From an uncultured virus (IMG/VR IMGVR_UViG_3300043772_000843) (lineage: Duplodnaviria > Heunggongvirae > Uroviricota > Caudoviricetes): a stretch of DNA of 64,000 bases. Every line of letters starts with the position of its first letter. Within the stretch, counting starts at the first letter, position 1. This document shows, piece after piece, positions 1-8,127 of the stretch. Under the pieces are notes generated by a model that saw only the letters and a program-made list of their open reading frames with translations, was not told the origin of the DNA and did no database searches. The stretch lies in the IMG/VR virus record IMGVR_UViG_3300043772_000843; one strand, given 5' to 3'. Made by a program: the position numbers and the translations under genes.

Positions 1-98
1 GATATCGCGGCGGCTCGCGATAGTGCTCAGCGCATCCTCGCGATCATCAAGCGAAACGCGGCGTGACCGGCAGGGGGCCCGGCCCCCTAGACCCCGAC

Positions 99-161
99 AA
101 CCCCGGCGAAAGTCGGGGTTTTTTTTTGTGCCCGCAGGGTTCGCGCCCTGTGGGCTTTTTT
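99..161 (+). terminator. Two tandem intrinsic terminators
   Basis: AACCCCGGC-GAAA-GTCGGGGTT followed by a T-run, then GCCCGCAGGG-ttcgcg-CCCTGTGGGC followed by a T-run. Confidence 0.7.
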
Positions 162-183
162 GCGTCCGGACCGGGTGTCAGAA

Positions 184-422
184 GCACGCGAGTACGCGAG
201 CGGGCACGCGAGCACGAGGCTGGGTCGGCGGCACGCGAGCGGCACGCGAGCCCAAGCCCCCTCACGCTACCCGAAACCCTATTTACCAGTAAATACCCCA
301 CCGCGCAGGCACCGCACGCCCTGCACGGGGCTGACACCCGATCCCAGTCTGAGCACGCGAGCCCATCGCGCCACGCTACCCGAAACCCTATTTACCAGTA
401 AATACCGCCCTGAGCACGCGAG
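184..422. repeat. GCACGCGAG nonamer cluster plus 35-bp direct repeat
   Basis: GCACGCGAG at 184, 204, 231, 242, 353, 414; CACGCTACCCGAAACCCTATTTACCAGTAAATACC at 263-297 and 372-406. Confidence 0.9.
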
Positions 423-439
423 CAGGCACCTCGCCCAAA

Positions 440-850
440 TGTTCGAACAGCGTTCCGGTTTTTTGCGGTTTTTGGAACGGCGTAAGTCGTTGATTCTCTA
501 AGACTCTTGTACTAATGTTCCGGTTGTTCTGTGTTTTTAAGAAAAATGAATAGGAGGTATAGGTAGGTGGTATCCCTAAGTTATCTATATTTTATGTTTA
601 TACGGGTTTTTGTGTGTTTTTTGGCGTGCGGGTGCCCGAATTCCACTTTTTGTTGTTTACTCTTTTATGTGCCACTCTGTAGACGCTATCTTCATTTTCC
701 CAAAACACAATTTTTTTGGAACAACGCTCACCGACCCCTAGCAAAATCAAGGACATTTTGTGATTATTTTACGTTCCTAAAAACAACAAAATCCGGAACA
801 ACACACAGAACATTGGCCCTTTTTCGGAACATTTTCCGGAACAACACACA
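440..850. promoter_or_regulatory. AT-rich iteron-like region, putative replication origin
   Basis: Non-coding and AT-rich. GTTCC/TGTTC copies at 440-530 and 773; GGAACA(AC/TT) at 718, 795, 826, 838; CCGGAACAACACACA at 793 and 836. Confidence 0.5.
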
Positions 851-1012
851 AATTTGACACTACTCAAAAACGACCGTGATCTATAGCGCTGACGAATTGA
901 TCTCCAAAAGATTTTTACCAGTAAATAGGTCGGTGACGATGTTACAAATAACTCACAGCCCCACCGGCTGTGTTTATAATAGTCGGTCCTCAACCCACCG
1001 GAGCCCCTGCTC

Positions 1013-2056
1013 ATGGACCTCATCTTCCCCTCCTCGCTCCTCAGCCGCGTCTACCTCTCTCCCAAGGGGGTGCCACTCTTCCGGCACAACGCCCACATGC
1101 CCCGCGCCGTGTGGGGAAAGCCCGTGCCTGCCTACGGCCTCGGAGGGACCGGAGGGGATCAAGTCTGGTACTTCGTCAGCTACCAGTACGCCGTCCCTGG
1201 CTTCGCCATTGAGGCGCTGCGTGCCTACGTTGCTGAGGGCAACGCCCTGCCGCCTGCGGACACGCCTGAGCGTGCTGACGTGTTCAACGACATGATCCAC
1301 CTGCCCGTGTTCGAAGTCTTGGGCAACGACCTGCAAGCGATGGGCTCAGGCCCCTACGCCGTCAAGAGCAACGTCCTGTTGGGCATCCGCAAGCGTGCCA
1401 TTCGATCGAGTGCTGAGCGCATGATGGGCAAGTTGGGCTTGCCTGCGGATGCCCCGGTGCCGAAGGAAGCGATAGGCGTGCTTGCCATGATGTACGACGT
1501 GAGTGAGACCGTCATTGTGAAGTCGCTCGGTGCGCCGGAGGTTGCACCGGTACCCAAAGCGCGTACTGACTACAAAGATGATGAGCGGTGGAAGCACGTC
1601 GTGAGGATGACGATGCTGGCGCGTACACACTCCTATCAGTTGTGGTTGCGGTCGCCTGTGGGCACGCCGAAGTTGGCCGGGAAGTTCTCAGCGGCTGACG
1701 CACTCATGCGTTACGAGGGCGAGCTGATCTACCCTGAGCGGTGCCCAGTGACGGGCGAGGTGCTGATCTATGACGCATACGTCAACAAGAAAGACCCACG
1801 CATGGCGAAGGTGGGGCGCATTGACATCCGTTCTCCTGGAGGGGAGACCTTGCCCTACGAGTCGGGCAACGTGATGTTGATGTCAGCGTTGGGGCTGAAG
1901 GTGACTGAAGGGAGGGTGCACGCTTCGAAGCTGACGGAGGGCCAGCATGCACACTGGCTGCGCTGGGCTGAGGCGCACACCACCAACACCAACGTCACCA
2001 ACACCAACGTCGGAAAGGACCCACTTGAGGACGCTATTGACGAACGAAATGCTTGA
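1013..2056 (+). CDS. Hypothetical protein with degenerate HNH/endonuclease-VII-like C-terminal motif
   Basis: 347-aa ORF with GGAG RBS; C-terminus contains CPVTG...GRIDI...YESGNVMLMS. Confidence 0.7.
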   Translation: MDLIFPSSLLSRVYLSPKGVPLFRHNAHMPRAVWGKPVPAYGLGGTGGDQVWYFVSYQYAVPGFAIEALRAYVAEGNALPPADTPERADVFNDMIHLPVFEVLGNDLQAMGSGPYAVKSNVLLGIRKRAIRSSAERMMGKLGLPADAPVPKEAIGVLAMMYDVSETVIVKSLGAPEVAPVPKARTDYKDDERWKHVVRMTMLARTHSYQLWLRSPVGTPKLAGKFSAADALMRYEGELIYPERCPVTGEVLIYDAYVNKKDPRMAKVGRIDIRSPGGETLPYESGNVMLMSALGLKVTEGRVHASKLTEGQHAHWLRWAEAHTTNTNVTNTNVGKDPLEDAIDERNA

Positions 2057-2081
2057 CATAGACGACACATTGTGTTATACT
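2053..2081 (+). promoter_or_regulatory. Strong sigma70-type early promoter
   Basis: TTGACA (2053-2058), 17-bp spacer, TGn-TATACT (2076-2081). Confidence 0.85.
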
Positions 2082-2087
2082 ATGTGT

Positions 2088-2700
2088 TCGGTGGGAGATC
2101 GTATCAAACACCAGCTCTTTAACAATTCATCACCGGGAGGTGCGTCTGACACGCGCACCGTTATCACCGGGGCTTTCTGTATTTACCAGTAAATACAGTG
2201 ACAAGACACTGAACCAGTGCAAAGCACACAAAACGATCCGCCCTATGCTGGAAGGCAGTTACATGTGACTCGGATGGAACGAAGCAACAAGGCCCTCAAA
2301 CGCGACGGTGCACGCACCGTGTAAGGCGTCGGTACGTTGTGGAGTTCGGCAATCACATGACTCTGCCCGGTAGGACATAGGGGGTGCGACAGATGTGCGC
2401 CCGTGTTTTCAGTTTGCGAGCTTGCTCGCTCTCGACGTGACCGACGGTAAGAATCCGCTTGGCGCGTAGGCCGCAGGGGAAAGACCCTGTGCAGGTTGTT
2501 GACGATACCTAAACGTCAACCGACAAACAATTCATTGACAAACCCGGGCGGACTTGTTCGCCTCGGCGGGTGCATGGTGCGGTTCGTCCGCACGGTGCAA
2601 GCCTAGCCGGTAGTACGGGTTCGCAGGGGGCGTGGCCCCCTGCCCAGAGTGCGCCGCAGTGGCGTATTGTGGGCAGCATGTGCTGCGGTAACTTAAAGGC
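2088..2700 (+). ncRNA. Putative large structured ncRNA or 5' leader
   Basis: No credible ORF; many nested complementary segments (see findings). Confidence 0.6.
2114..2127 (+). promoter_or_regulatory. rrn-type boxA antitermination element
   Basis: GCTCTTTAACAATT about 25 nt after the predicted start site; matches the rRNA operon boxA (TGCTCTTTAACA). Confidence 0.7.
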
Positions 2701-2708
2701 GACAGACC

Positions 2709-3050
2709 ATGAACGACAACGTCAAGACAAAGTCCCGCACCGAGCTTGAGGCGCGGTGCCTGGAAGAGATCCGCGCCACCGAGGCGTGGGACCCGCTGCC
2801 CATGCTGCGGGCGGTGTGCCGGGAGATCAGCCTCCCGTCGAACTTCGACGGGGGATACAAGGACGCCATCGCCGACAAGTCGGCGCGGCTCTCGGATCGC
2901 CTGCGCGAGGGCGAGGCGATGAGCAGGACATCCGCCGAGCGGCGGATGTACATCCGCCTGCTGAACGAGGCCAGCAAGCGTGGCCTGCTGAACGGGTACG
3001 ACTGCCCCCGTGCGACGAGCGCAGCGTGGGCCGCGCTGAACGAGGCCTGA
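2709..3050 (+). CDS. Hypothetical early protein
   Basis: 113-aa ATG ORF, first gene after the leader. Confidence 0.7.
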   Translation: MNDNVKTKSRTELEARCLEEIRATEAWDPLPMLRAVCREISLPSNFDGGYKDAIADKSARLSDRLREGEAMSRTSAERRMYIRLLNEASKRGLLNGYDCPRATSAAWAALNEA

Positions 3051-3094
3051 CCCCTACGGGTCAGAGTTTATTAGTAAATATAGGAGTGAGTAAC

Positions 3095-3385
3095 GTGGAC
3101 ATCATCACCAACAACAAGCCACGCCCGCTGGCGTGCCTGCTCGACCTGCCGGACAACGTCCGGGCTGACTTCGACTATGTCGCCAAGGACGGCGACTACA
3201 CCGCACGGTTCGTGCGGTACCTGGGCTGCTGGTACGACGTGTATGACAGTCAGAGCATCACCCGCGAGCTGGGCTTCGATCAGTTCAAAGGCTGGGACGG
3301 GATCGTGTCGGAGACATTCTTTAGTGGCGTGCTGTTCCGCCTCGTCGGCGACGACGAGGTCATCGTCGGACGGTATTTCGCCTGA
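3095..3385 (+). CDS. Hypothetical early protein
   Basis: GTG start after TAGGAG; VDIITNNKPRPL...VIVGRYFA (3' part of track ORF 2756..3385). Confidence 0.75.
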   Translation: MDIITNNKPRPLACLLDLPDNVRADFDYVAKDGDYTARFVRYLGCWYDVYDSQSITRELGFDQFKGWDGIVSETFFSGVLFRLVGDDEVIVGRYFA

Positions 3386-3433
3386 CCCGGTGCCCCCTCG
3401 GGGGCTTGTTTACTGGTAAATATAGGAGTGACA

Positions 3434-3667
3434 ATGGCTAATCGCAACGTAACTCTGTGGATTCTCAACGATGAGGGTCTGTATCGCACGGCTATGGACT
3501 GCATCAAGCAGTATCGCCACTGGTCTTCGTTCACGCGGAGCATGACTCCGAGGGAGCGGGCGGCTCACGCGATGCTCGACCGCCTGCACATGGCGGGGAT
3601 CACGCACACACCGGACGGTGCCAAGTACACCGTGACGGCTATCCGTGCGGCAATGGTGGGGCTGTGA
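3434..3667 (+). CDS. Hypothetical early protein
   Basis: ATG after TAGGAG; contains NVTLWILNDEGLY and TPDGAKY. Confidence 0.75.
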   Translation: MANRNVTLWILNDEGLYRTAMDCIKQYRHWSSFTRSMTPRERAAHAMLDRLHMAGITHTPDGAKYTVTAIRAAMVGL

Positions 3668-3668
3668 C

Positions 3669-3869
3669 ATGCCATCATGGCACCAACTCAAGGCGGGGCT
3701 CCCCAAGCTCAGCCACCCCACGCAGTGGTCGAGCTACAACCCGACCGGGCACCTGTCGGTGATGCGCCACGCATCGCACGACGAGTGCGTCGAGTACTGC
3801 AAGCGCACGGGGGACATCCCCGTGGCACCGGACAACTTCAACCCCGCCCGCAAGGGCGCGAAGGACTGA
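3669..3869 (+). CDS. Hypothetical early protein
   Basis: ATG immediately after the previous stop; tightly packed. Confidence 0.6.
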   Translation: MPSWHQLKAGLPKLSHPTQWSSYNPTGHLSVMRHASHDECVEYCKRTGDIPVAPDNFNPARKGAKD

Positions 3870-3870
3870 C

Positions 3871-4083
3871 ATGACACACAGCATATGCCCCCGGTGCGGG
3901 GACGACATCGACCCCCGGCGTACCGCCCTGGGTTACCGCCTGTGCCTATGGTGCGGGGAAGAGGACGCCAAAGCTGAGCGCAAGAGCTGGACGGTGGTGC
4001 CCATGCACAAATCGAACTACGTCCTGCTGACCGATAAGCGGGACCTGCACGGCATCAACAACAAGGGCGGAATTTACCGGTAA
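3871..4083 (+). CDS. C4 zinc-finger protein, DksA/TraR-like finger
   Basis: CPRCGDDIDPRR...RLCLWCGE. Confidence 0.7.
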   Translation: MTHSICPRCGDDIDPRRTALGYRLCLWCGEEDAKAERKSWTVVPMHKSNYVLLTDKRDLHGINNKGGIYR

Positions 4084-4116
4084 ACAACGCCCCCTGTCGG
4101 GGGCTGGAAGGGTATC

Positions 4117-4347
4117 ATGAACATCAACATCGAAGTCACCGACACGTTCGGACACGAACCCAACTACGGTTGGGCCAAGCGACAAACCCTGGAAGCCCCG
4201 GAGGGGCTGTCGAGGTATTCAATCGTCAGGCGTGCCAAGCACGCCGTAGGTTGGACGGGAAAGCGCACCGTCACCGTCGATCATGGCGACATGATCGAAC
4301 TCCGCCCACACGGGGAGTGCCTCGTGTGTTTCATCACCTTCAACTGA
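4117..4347 (+). CDS. Hypothetical early protein
   Basis: 76-aa ATG ORF containing EVTDTFGHEPNYGW. Confidence 0.7.
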   Translation: MNINIEVTDTFGHEPNYGWAKRQTLEAPEGLSRYSIVRRAKHAVGWTGKRTVTVDHGDMIELRPHGECLVCFITFN

Positions 4348-4390
4348 CAACCCGGGCACCACGGTGCCCACAACCAAGAGGCGATAGACC

Positions 4391-4783
4391 ATGAAAGACA
4401 TTAACATAGGTGACACACTCACCTGTGCCGAGACATGGAAGACGTTCATCGCAGCGCAAGAGGGCTGCACGTTCAACTACGCATACACGCCAGAGGGCGA
4501 AGTCCTCTCCGATGAAGGCGTGGACATCAGGCAACGCCGCGAGCTACTCGACCGCACACTGCCTTTCACGGGCTACCTGTCCAGCGATGGGCGACACCTC
4601 ACGGGGTGGAAGGGCAACGTGCTCGGCACGGTCGTGGACTGGGCCCCCTGTCGGCTGACGCGCCGCTCGTGGACGCACGGCAAGGACTACCGCTCAGTGC
4701 GCGTGCGCGACATCCACGGTGCCATGTGGTACGGGCGAGGCTCGCCCGGCATCGTCATCAACCTGCGCCCGTGCAAGGGCTGA
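4391..4783 (+). CDS. Hypothetical early protein
   Basis: 130-aa ORF with GAGG RBS. Confidence 0.7.
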   Translation: MKDINIGDTLTCAETWKTFIAAQEGCTFNYAYTPEGEVLSDEGVDIRQRRELLDRTLPFTGYLSSDGRHLTGWKGNVLGTVVDWAPCRLTRRSWTHGKDYRSVRVRDIHGAMWYGRGSPGIVINLRPCKG

Positions 4784-4829
4784 CATCAACCCCCGGGGGC
4801 TGTGCCCCCACAACCCGAGAGAGGTAACC

Positions 4830-5762
4830 ATGATCGACATCACCACCGCCGCCATGCTCGGCAGCCTCAACATCAGCGTGTGGGAAGCACGCATTCAAGA
4901 CAAGCGCACCAAGGACGAGGTGCTCGCCAACAAGGGTGCCAAGTCCAAGAAAGCAGCGAGTGTCTCGAAGAACCTGTTCAGCGAGTGTCCCGAGCTGGAG
5001 GCGATCAAGGCCTTGCGCAGCGAGGCCCGTGTCTGGTTCAACTCCCACACCTTGCCGTGGGATGACAACGGAAACAGGCTGATCACCACGAGGCAGTACC
5101 TCGACGTCGTGGGCAAGGCGGCGGAGTACGAAACCAAGTTCGACGGGTTGGTGCGGGCCTTCGTGTCCGCCTATGGCACAGCCATCAGCAAGCAGGCCTT
5201 CGAGATGGGCTCGCTCTTCGATCGTAGTGAGTACCCGCTGGCCGACGAGGTGGCGGCGAAGTTCCGCTTCGGGCTATCCCTCAGCCCACTGCCTTCGTCG
5301 GGGGACTTTCGGGTGGACATCGGCCACGAGGCACAGCGTCAGCTTGCCGAGCAGTACGAGAAGGCCACCGCCGAGCGTGTGGCCGGTGCTGTGCAGGATA
5401 CGTGGAACAGGGTGCGAGACCAAGTCTCTTGGGTGCGGGAGAGGATGACCGCCGTGCTTGAGTACAACCCCGACGAGGTCGAGGAGGTCCCCACGACTGA
5501 CGACACCGGCACGGTGGTGTCGGTGGAGATTAAAAAGCGTCGTCGCCCGAAGCTCTACGACAGCATGTTGGAGCAGGGCCTTGAGCTGTGCAAGATGTTG
5601 AGTGATCTCAACGTCACCAACGACCCGCGCCTTGAGGAAGCGCGGCGTGATCTGGAGCGGGCGCTGACCCGCGTCGACATGGACTCGCTGAAGGAGAGCC
5701 CTGAACTGCAACGGGCCACGAAGCAGGCGATGGACGACATCCTCGACAAGTTCTCGTTGTGA
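4830..5762 (+). CDS. DUF3150-like protein
   Basis: ATG after GAGG; LNISVWEA...K.L...HTLPWDDNGNRL...FDRSEYP...KFRF pattern; adjacent to the AAA+/vWA pair. Confidence 0.65.
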   Translation: MIDITTAAMLGSLNISVWEARIQDKRTKDEVLANKGAKSKKAASVSKNLFSECPELEAIKALRSEARVWFNSHTLPWDDNGNRLITTRQYLDVVGKAAEYETKFDGLVRAFVSAYGTAISKQAFEMGSLFDRSEYPLADEVAAKFRFGLSLSPLPSSGDFRVDIGHEAQRQLAEQYEKATAERVAGAVQDTWNRVRDQVSWVRERMTAVLEYNPDEVEEVPTTDDTGTVVSVEIKKRRRPKLYDSMLEQGLELCKMLSDLNVTNDPRLEEARRDLERALTRVDMDSLKESPELQRATKQAMDDILDKFSL

Positions 5763-5814
5763 CCCCCGGGGCTTCGGCCCCTTTATCAGTAAATCAATCT
5801 CTAGGAAACACATC

Positions 5815-6861
5815 ATGAAACTCAGCATCAACCAATGCGCCGCCGCTATCAACGCCGTCGGCCAGCACACCACCGTGCTCATCGAGGGTCCCTCGGGCTC
5901 GGGCAAGTCTTCGATCCTCGGCATGCTCAACCTGCCGACGCACCGCAAGGTCTACATCGACTGCACCCAGATCGACGTGGGTGACATCCAGATCCCGAGC
6001 GTGAACCACGCCACGGGGACCAGCACCTTCTATCCAAACGAGGTGTTCGGTGTGCATGGCGAGCAGCCCGTCGTCATCTGCCTGGATGAGTTTGGCAAGG
6101 CTCCGAGGTCAGTTCAGAATGCCCTCCTCCCTGTCGTGCTGGATCGCCGTGTCGGTACCCGCCCGCTTCCCGCTGGCTCGGTGGTGTTCGCAACCACCAA
6201 CCTCAGCTCCGAGGGCGTGGGTGACACGCTCCAGCTCCACGTCCGCAACCGCATGTCGGTGATCGCGATGCGCAAGCCCACCGTCGAGGAGTACATCAAC
6301 TACTCGCTGGCAAACGACGGCAACCCTGCCGTGCTGGCGTGGGTGCAGGAGACGCCGCAGACCTTGGCCGACGACGACACCGTGGCCAACCCGGACCAGA
6401 ACCCCTACATCTGGCACCGCAAGGACCCGAGCCGCAAGGCCTTCTGCTCTCCGCGCAGCATGACCGCTGCCGGTCGCGTGCTCAACGACGCCGAGCACCT
6501 CGACGACGACACCATGCGGGGCCTGCTCGCTGGCCTGATCGGCGCTCGCTCCGCCGCTGACCTGCATGTGTTCGTGCAGATGGGCAACAAGCTGCCCTCA
6601 TGGAAGGCCATCGTGACGAGCCCGCTCCAAGCCCCGGTGCCTGACACGCCGACGATGTGCATGATGCTGGTGCACCGTGCGATCACTCGCACCACAGAGG
6701 ACACGCTCGACCCGGTGATGGTGTACATGAAGCGCTTGCCGATGGAGCTGCAAGCAGTGTTCGTCAACCAGTTCCTGCGTATCCCGCAGCGTGCCAAGTT
6801 CGCTGCATTCAACAAGCCATTCACCAACTGGTGCATGGCTAACAACTGGATCATGGGCTGA
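5815..6861 (+). CDS. MoxR/CbbQ-type AAA+ ATPase
   Basis: Walker A GPSGSGKS, Walker B CLDEF, sensor ATTN, SPRS motif. Confidence 0.85.
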   Translation: MKLSINQCAAAINAVGQHTTVLIEGPSGSGKSSILGMLNLPTHRKVYIDCTQIDVGDIQIPSVNHATGTSTFYPNEVFGVHGEQPVVICLDEFGKAPRSVQNALLPVVLDRRVGTRPLPAGSVVFATTNLSSEGVGDTLQLHVRNRMSVIAMRKPTVEEYINYSLANDGNPAVLAWVQETPQTLADDDTVANPDQNPYIWHRKDPSRKAFCSPRSMTAAGRVLNDAEHLDDDTMRGLLAGLIGARSAADLHVFVQMGNKLPSWKAIVTSPLQAPVPDTPTMCMMLVHRAITRTTEDTLDPVMVYMKRLPMELQAVFVNQFLRIPQRAKFAAFNKPFTNWCMANNWIMG

Positions 6862-6909
6862 CAACCCACCACAACCCGCCCCCTCACGGGGGCTCCGAAG
6901 GAGAACCAC

Positions 6910-8127
6910 ATGAATCTGACAGCAGAAGAGCGCATCACCAAGGCCCGTAGCAAGATCATGCGCGACGAGCGCTTCACCGCCATCTCACCGATCCTGATGA
7001 TCGGTTCGTGGCAAGTGGTAGACGACATCCCGACAGCGGCAACCAACGGGCGTGATGTCTTCTATGGCCGGAAGTTCATCAACCAGTGCGACGACAGACT
7101 GCTGCGCTTCGTCGTCTTGCACGAATACTTCCACGTTATGCTCATGCACATGACGACGTGGGCCAAGCTCGACAAGGAAGACGCGCAACTGTCCAACATT
7201 GCCAAGGACATGGTGATCAACAACATGCTCAAGGCGATGGACCCGGGCGGGCAGTTCATCACCATCTGGGAGAACGCGTACTGTGACCCGCAGTACGATG
7301 GGCTCGACACCGGTGAGGTGTACAAGCGGCTCAAACAACAGGCCCAGTCCAAGCCGCAAGGCGGCGGGGGCAAGGAGGACAACGGCCCCAAGGGTCAACA
7401 GTTCGACCAGCACCAGCCTGCGGCGGGCGATGGGGACGGCGAGGGTGACGGCGAGGGTGACGGACCCGCACCCCTGACTCAGGCCGAGGCCGAGGAGGTG
7501 GCCAAGGCGGTCGACAACGCGCTGCGCCAAGGGGCGCTGATCGCAGGCAAGACGGGTGCTGGCATGTCCCGGGACATTGCGTCTCTCCTTGAGCCTGTGG
7601 TGCCTTGGCAGGACGTGCTGCGTGACTGGCTGACCAACACCGCCAAGGGCGGCGACCTGTCGACGTGGGCTCGGCCCGCTCGACGCTGGCTCGGGCAGGA
7701 TCTCTACCTGCCATCACGGTACACAGAAGCGGTCGACCGCATCGTCATCGGCATAGACACCAGCGGCTCCATCGACGACGAGCAACTTCGACGTGCACTG
7801 AGCGAGGTCGCCAGTGCCTGCGAGGCCGTCTCTCCACAGATGGTCGACGTGATCTACTGGGACTGGGCAGTCGCAGCACACGAGTCCTACGAGGGCGAGC
7901 GGGTGCAGGACATCGTCAAGGCGACGAAGCCCAAGGGTGGCGGGGGTACCGACGTGCGGACCCTGTTCAACTTCATCGACCAGCGGGGGCTGAACCCCAA
8001 CGCGGTGATCGTCTTCACCGATGGCTACACGCCGTGGCCTGCGGACCTCAAGCACCCGACGCTGTGGTGCATCAGCACCAAGGGGCTCCGCGCCCCGGTG
8101 GGGGAGACGCTGTATGTCCCAGCCTGA
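6910..8127 (+). CDS. DUF2201-type metallopeptidase plus vWA domain protein
   Basis: TAATNG, HEYFH (HExxH), acidic Gly-rich linker, MIDAS DTSGS, GGGGT, FTDGY. Confidence 0.85.
   Translation: MNLTAEERITKARSKIMRDERFTAISPILMIGSWQVVDDIPTAATNGRDVFYGRKFINQCDDRLLRFVVLHEYFHVMLMHMTTWAKLDKEDAQLSNIAKDMVINNMLKAMDPGGQFITIWENAYCDPQYDGLDTGEVYKRLKQQAQSKPQGGGGKEDNGPKGQQFDQHQPAAGDGDGEGDGEGDGPAPLTQAEAEEVAKAVDNALRQGALIAGKTGAGMSRDIASLLEPVVPWQDVLRDWLTNTAKGGDLSTWARPARRWLGQDLYLPSRYTEAVDRIVIGIDTSGSIDDEQLRRALSEVASACEAVSPQMVDVIYWDWAVAAHESYEGERVQDIVKATKPKGGGGTDVRTLFNFIDQRGLNPNAVIVFTDGYTPWPADLKHPTLWCISTKGLRAPVGETLYVPA

Noticed and set aside
854..887. Promoter at TTGACA 854
   Set aside because: The best -10-like hexamer is 22 bp away. 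TATAAT at 975 lacks a good -35, so the promoter of gene 1013 is left unassigned.
23..1023. Short ORFs in the first kilobase
   Set aside because: They arise from repeats and low-complexity AT-rich sequence, with no RBS and atypical composition.
2535..2565. Second promoter at TTGACA inside the leader
   Set aside because: No -10 element at 16-18 bp.
2541..2646. Group II intron domain V/VI (GTACGGGTTC followed by a G/C hairpin)
   Set aside because: The enclosing stem is ~80 nt rather than ~34 nt, there is no clear AGC/CGC triad, and there is no interrupted gene or maturase.
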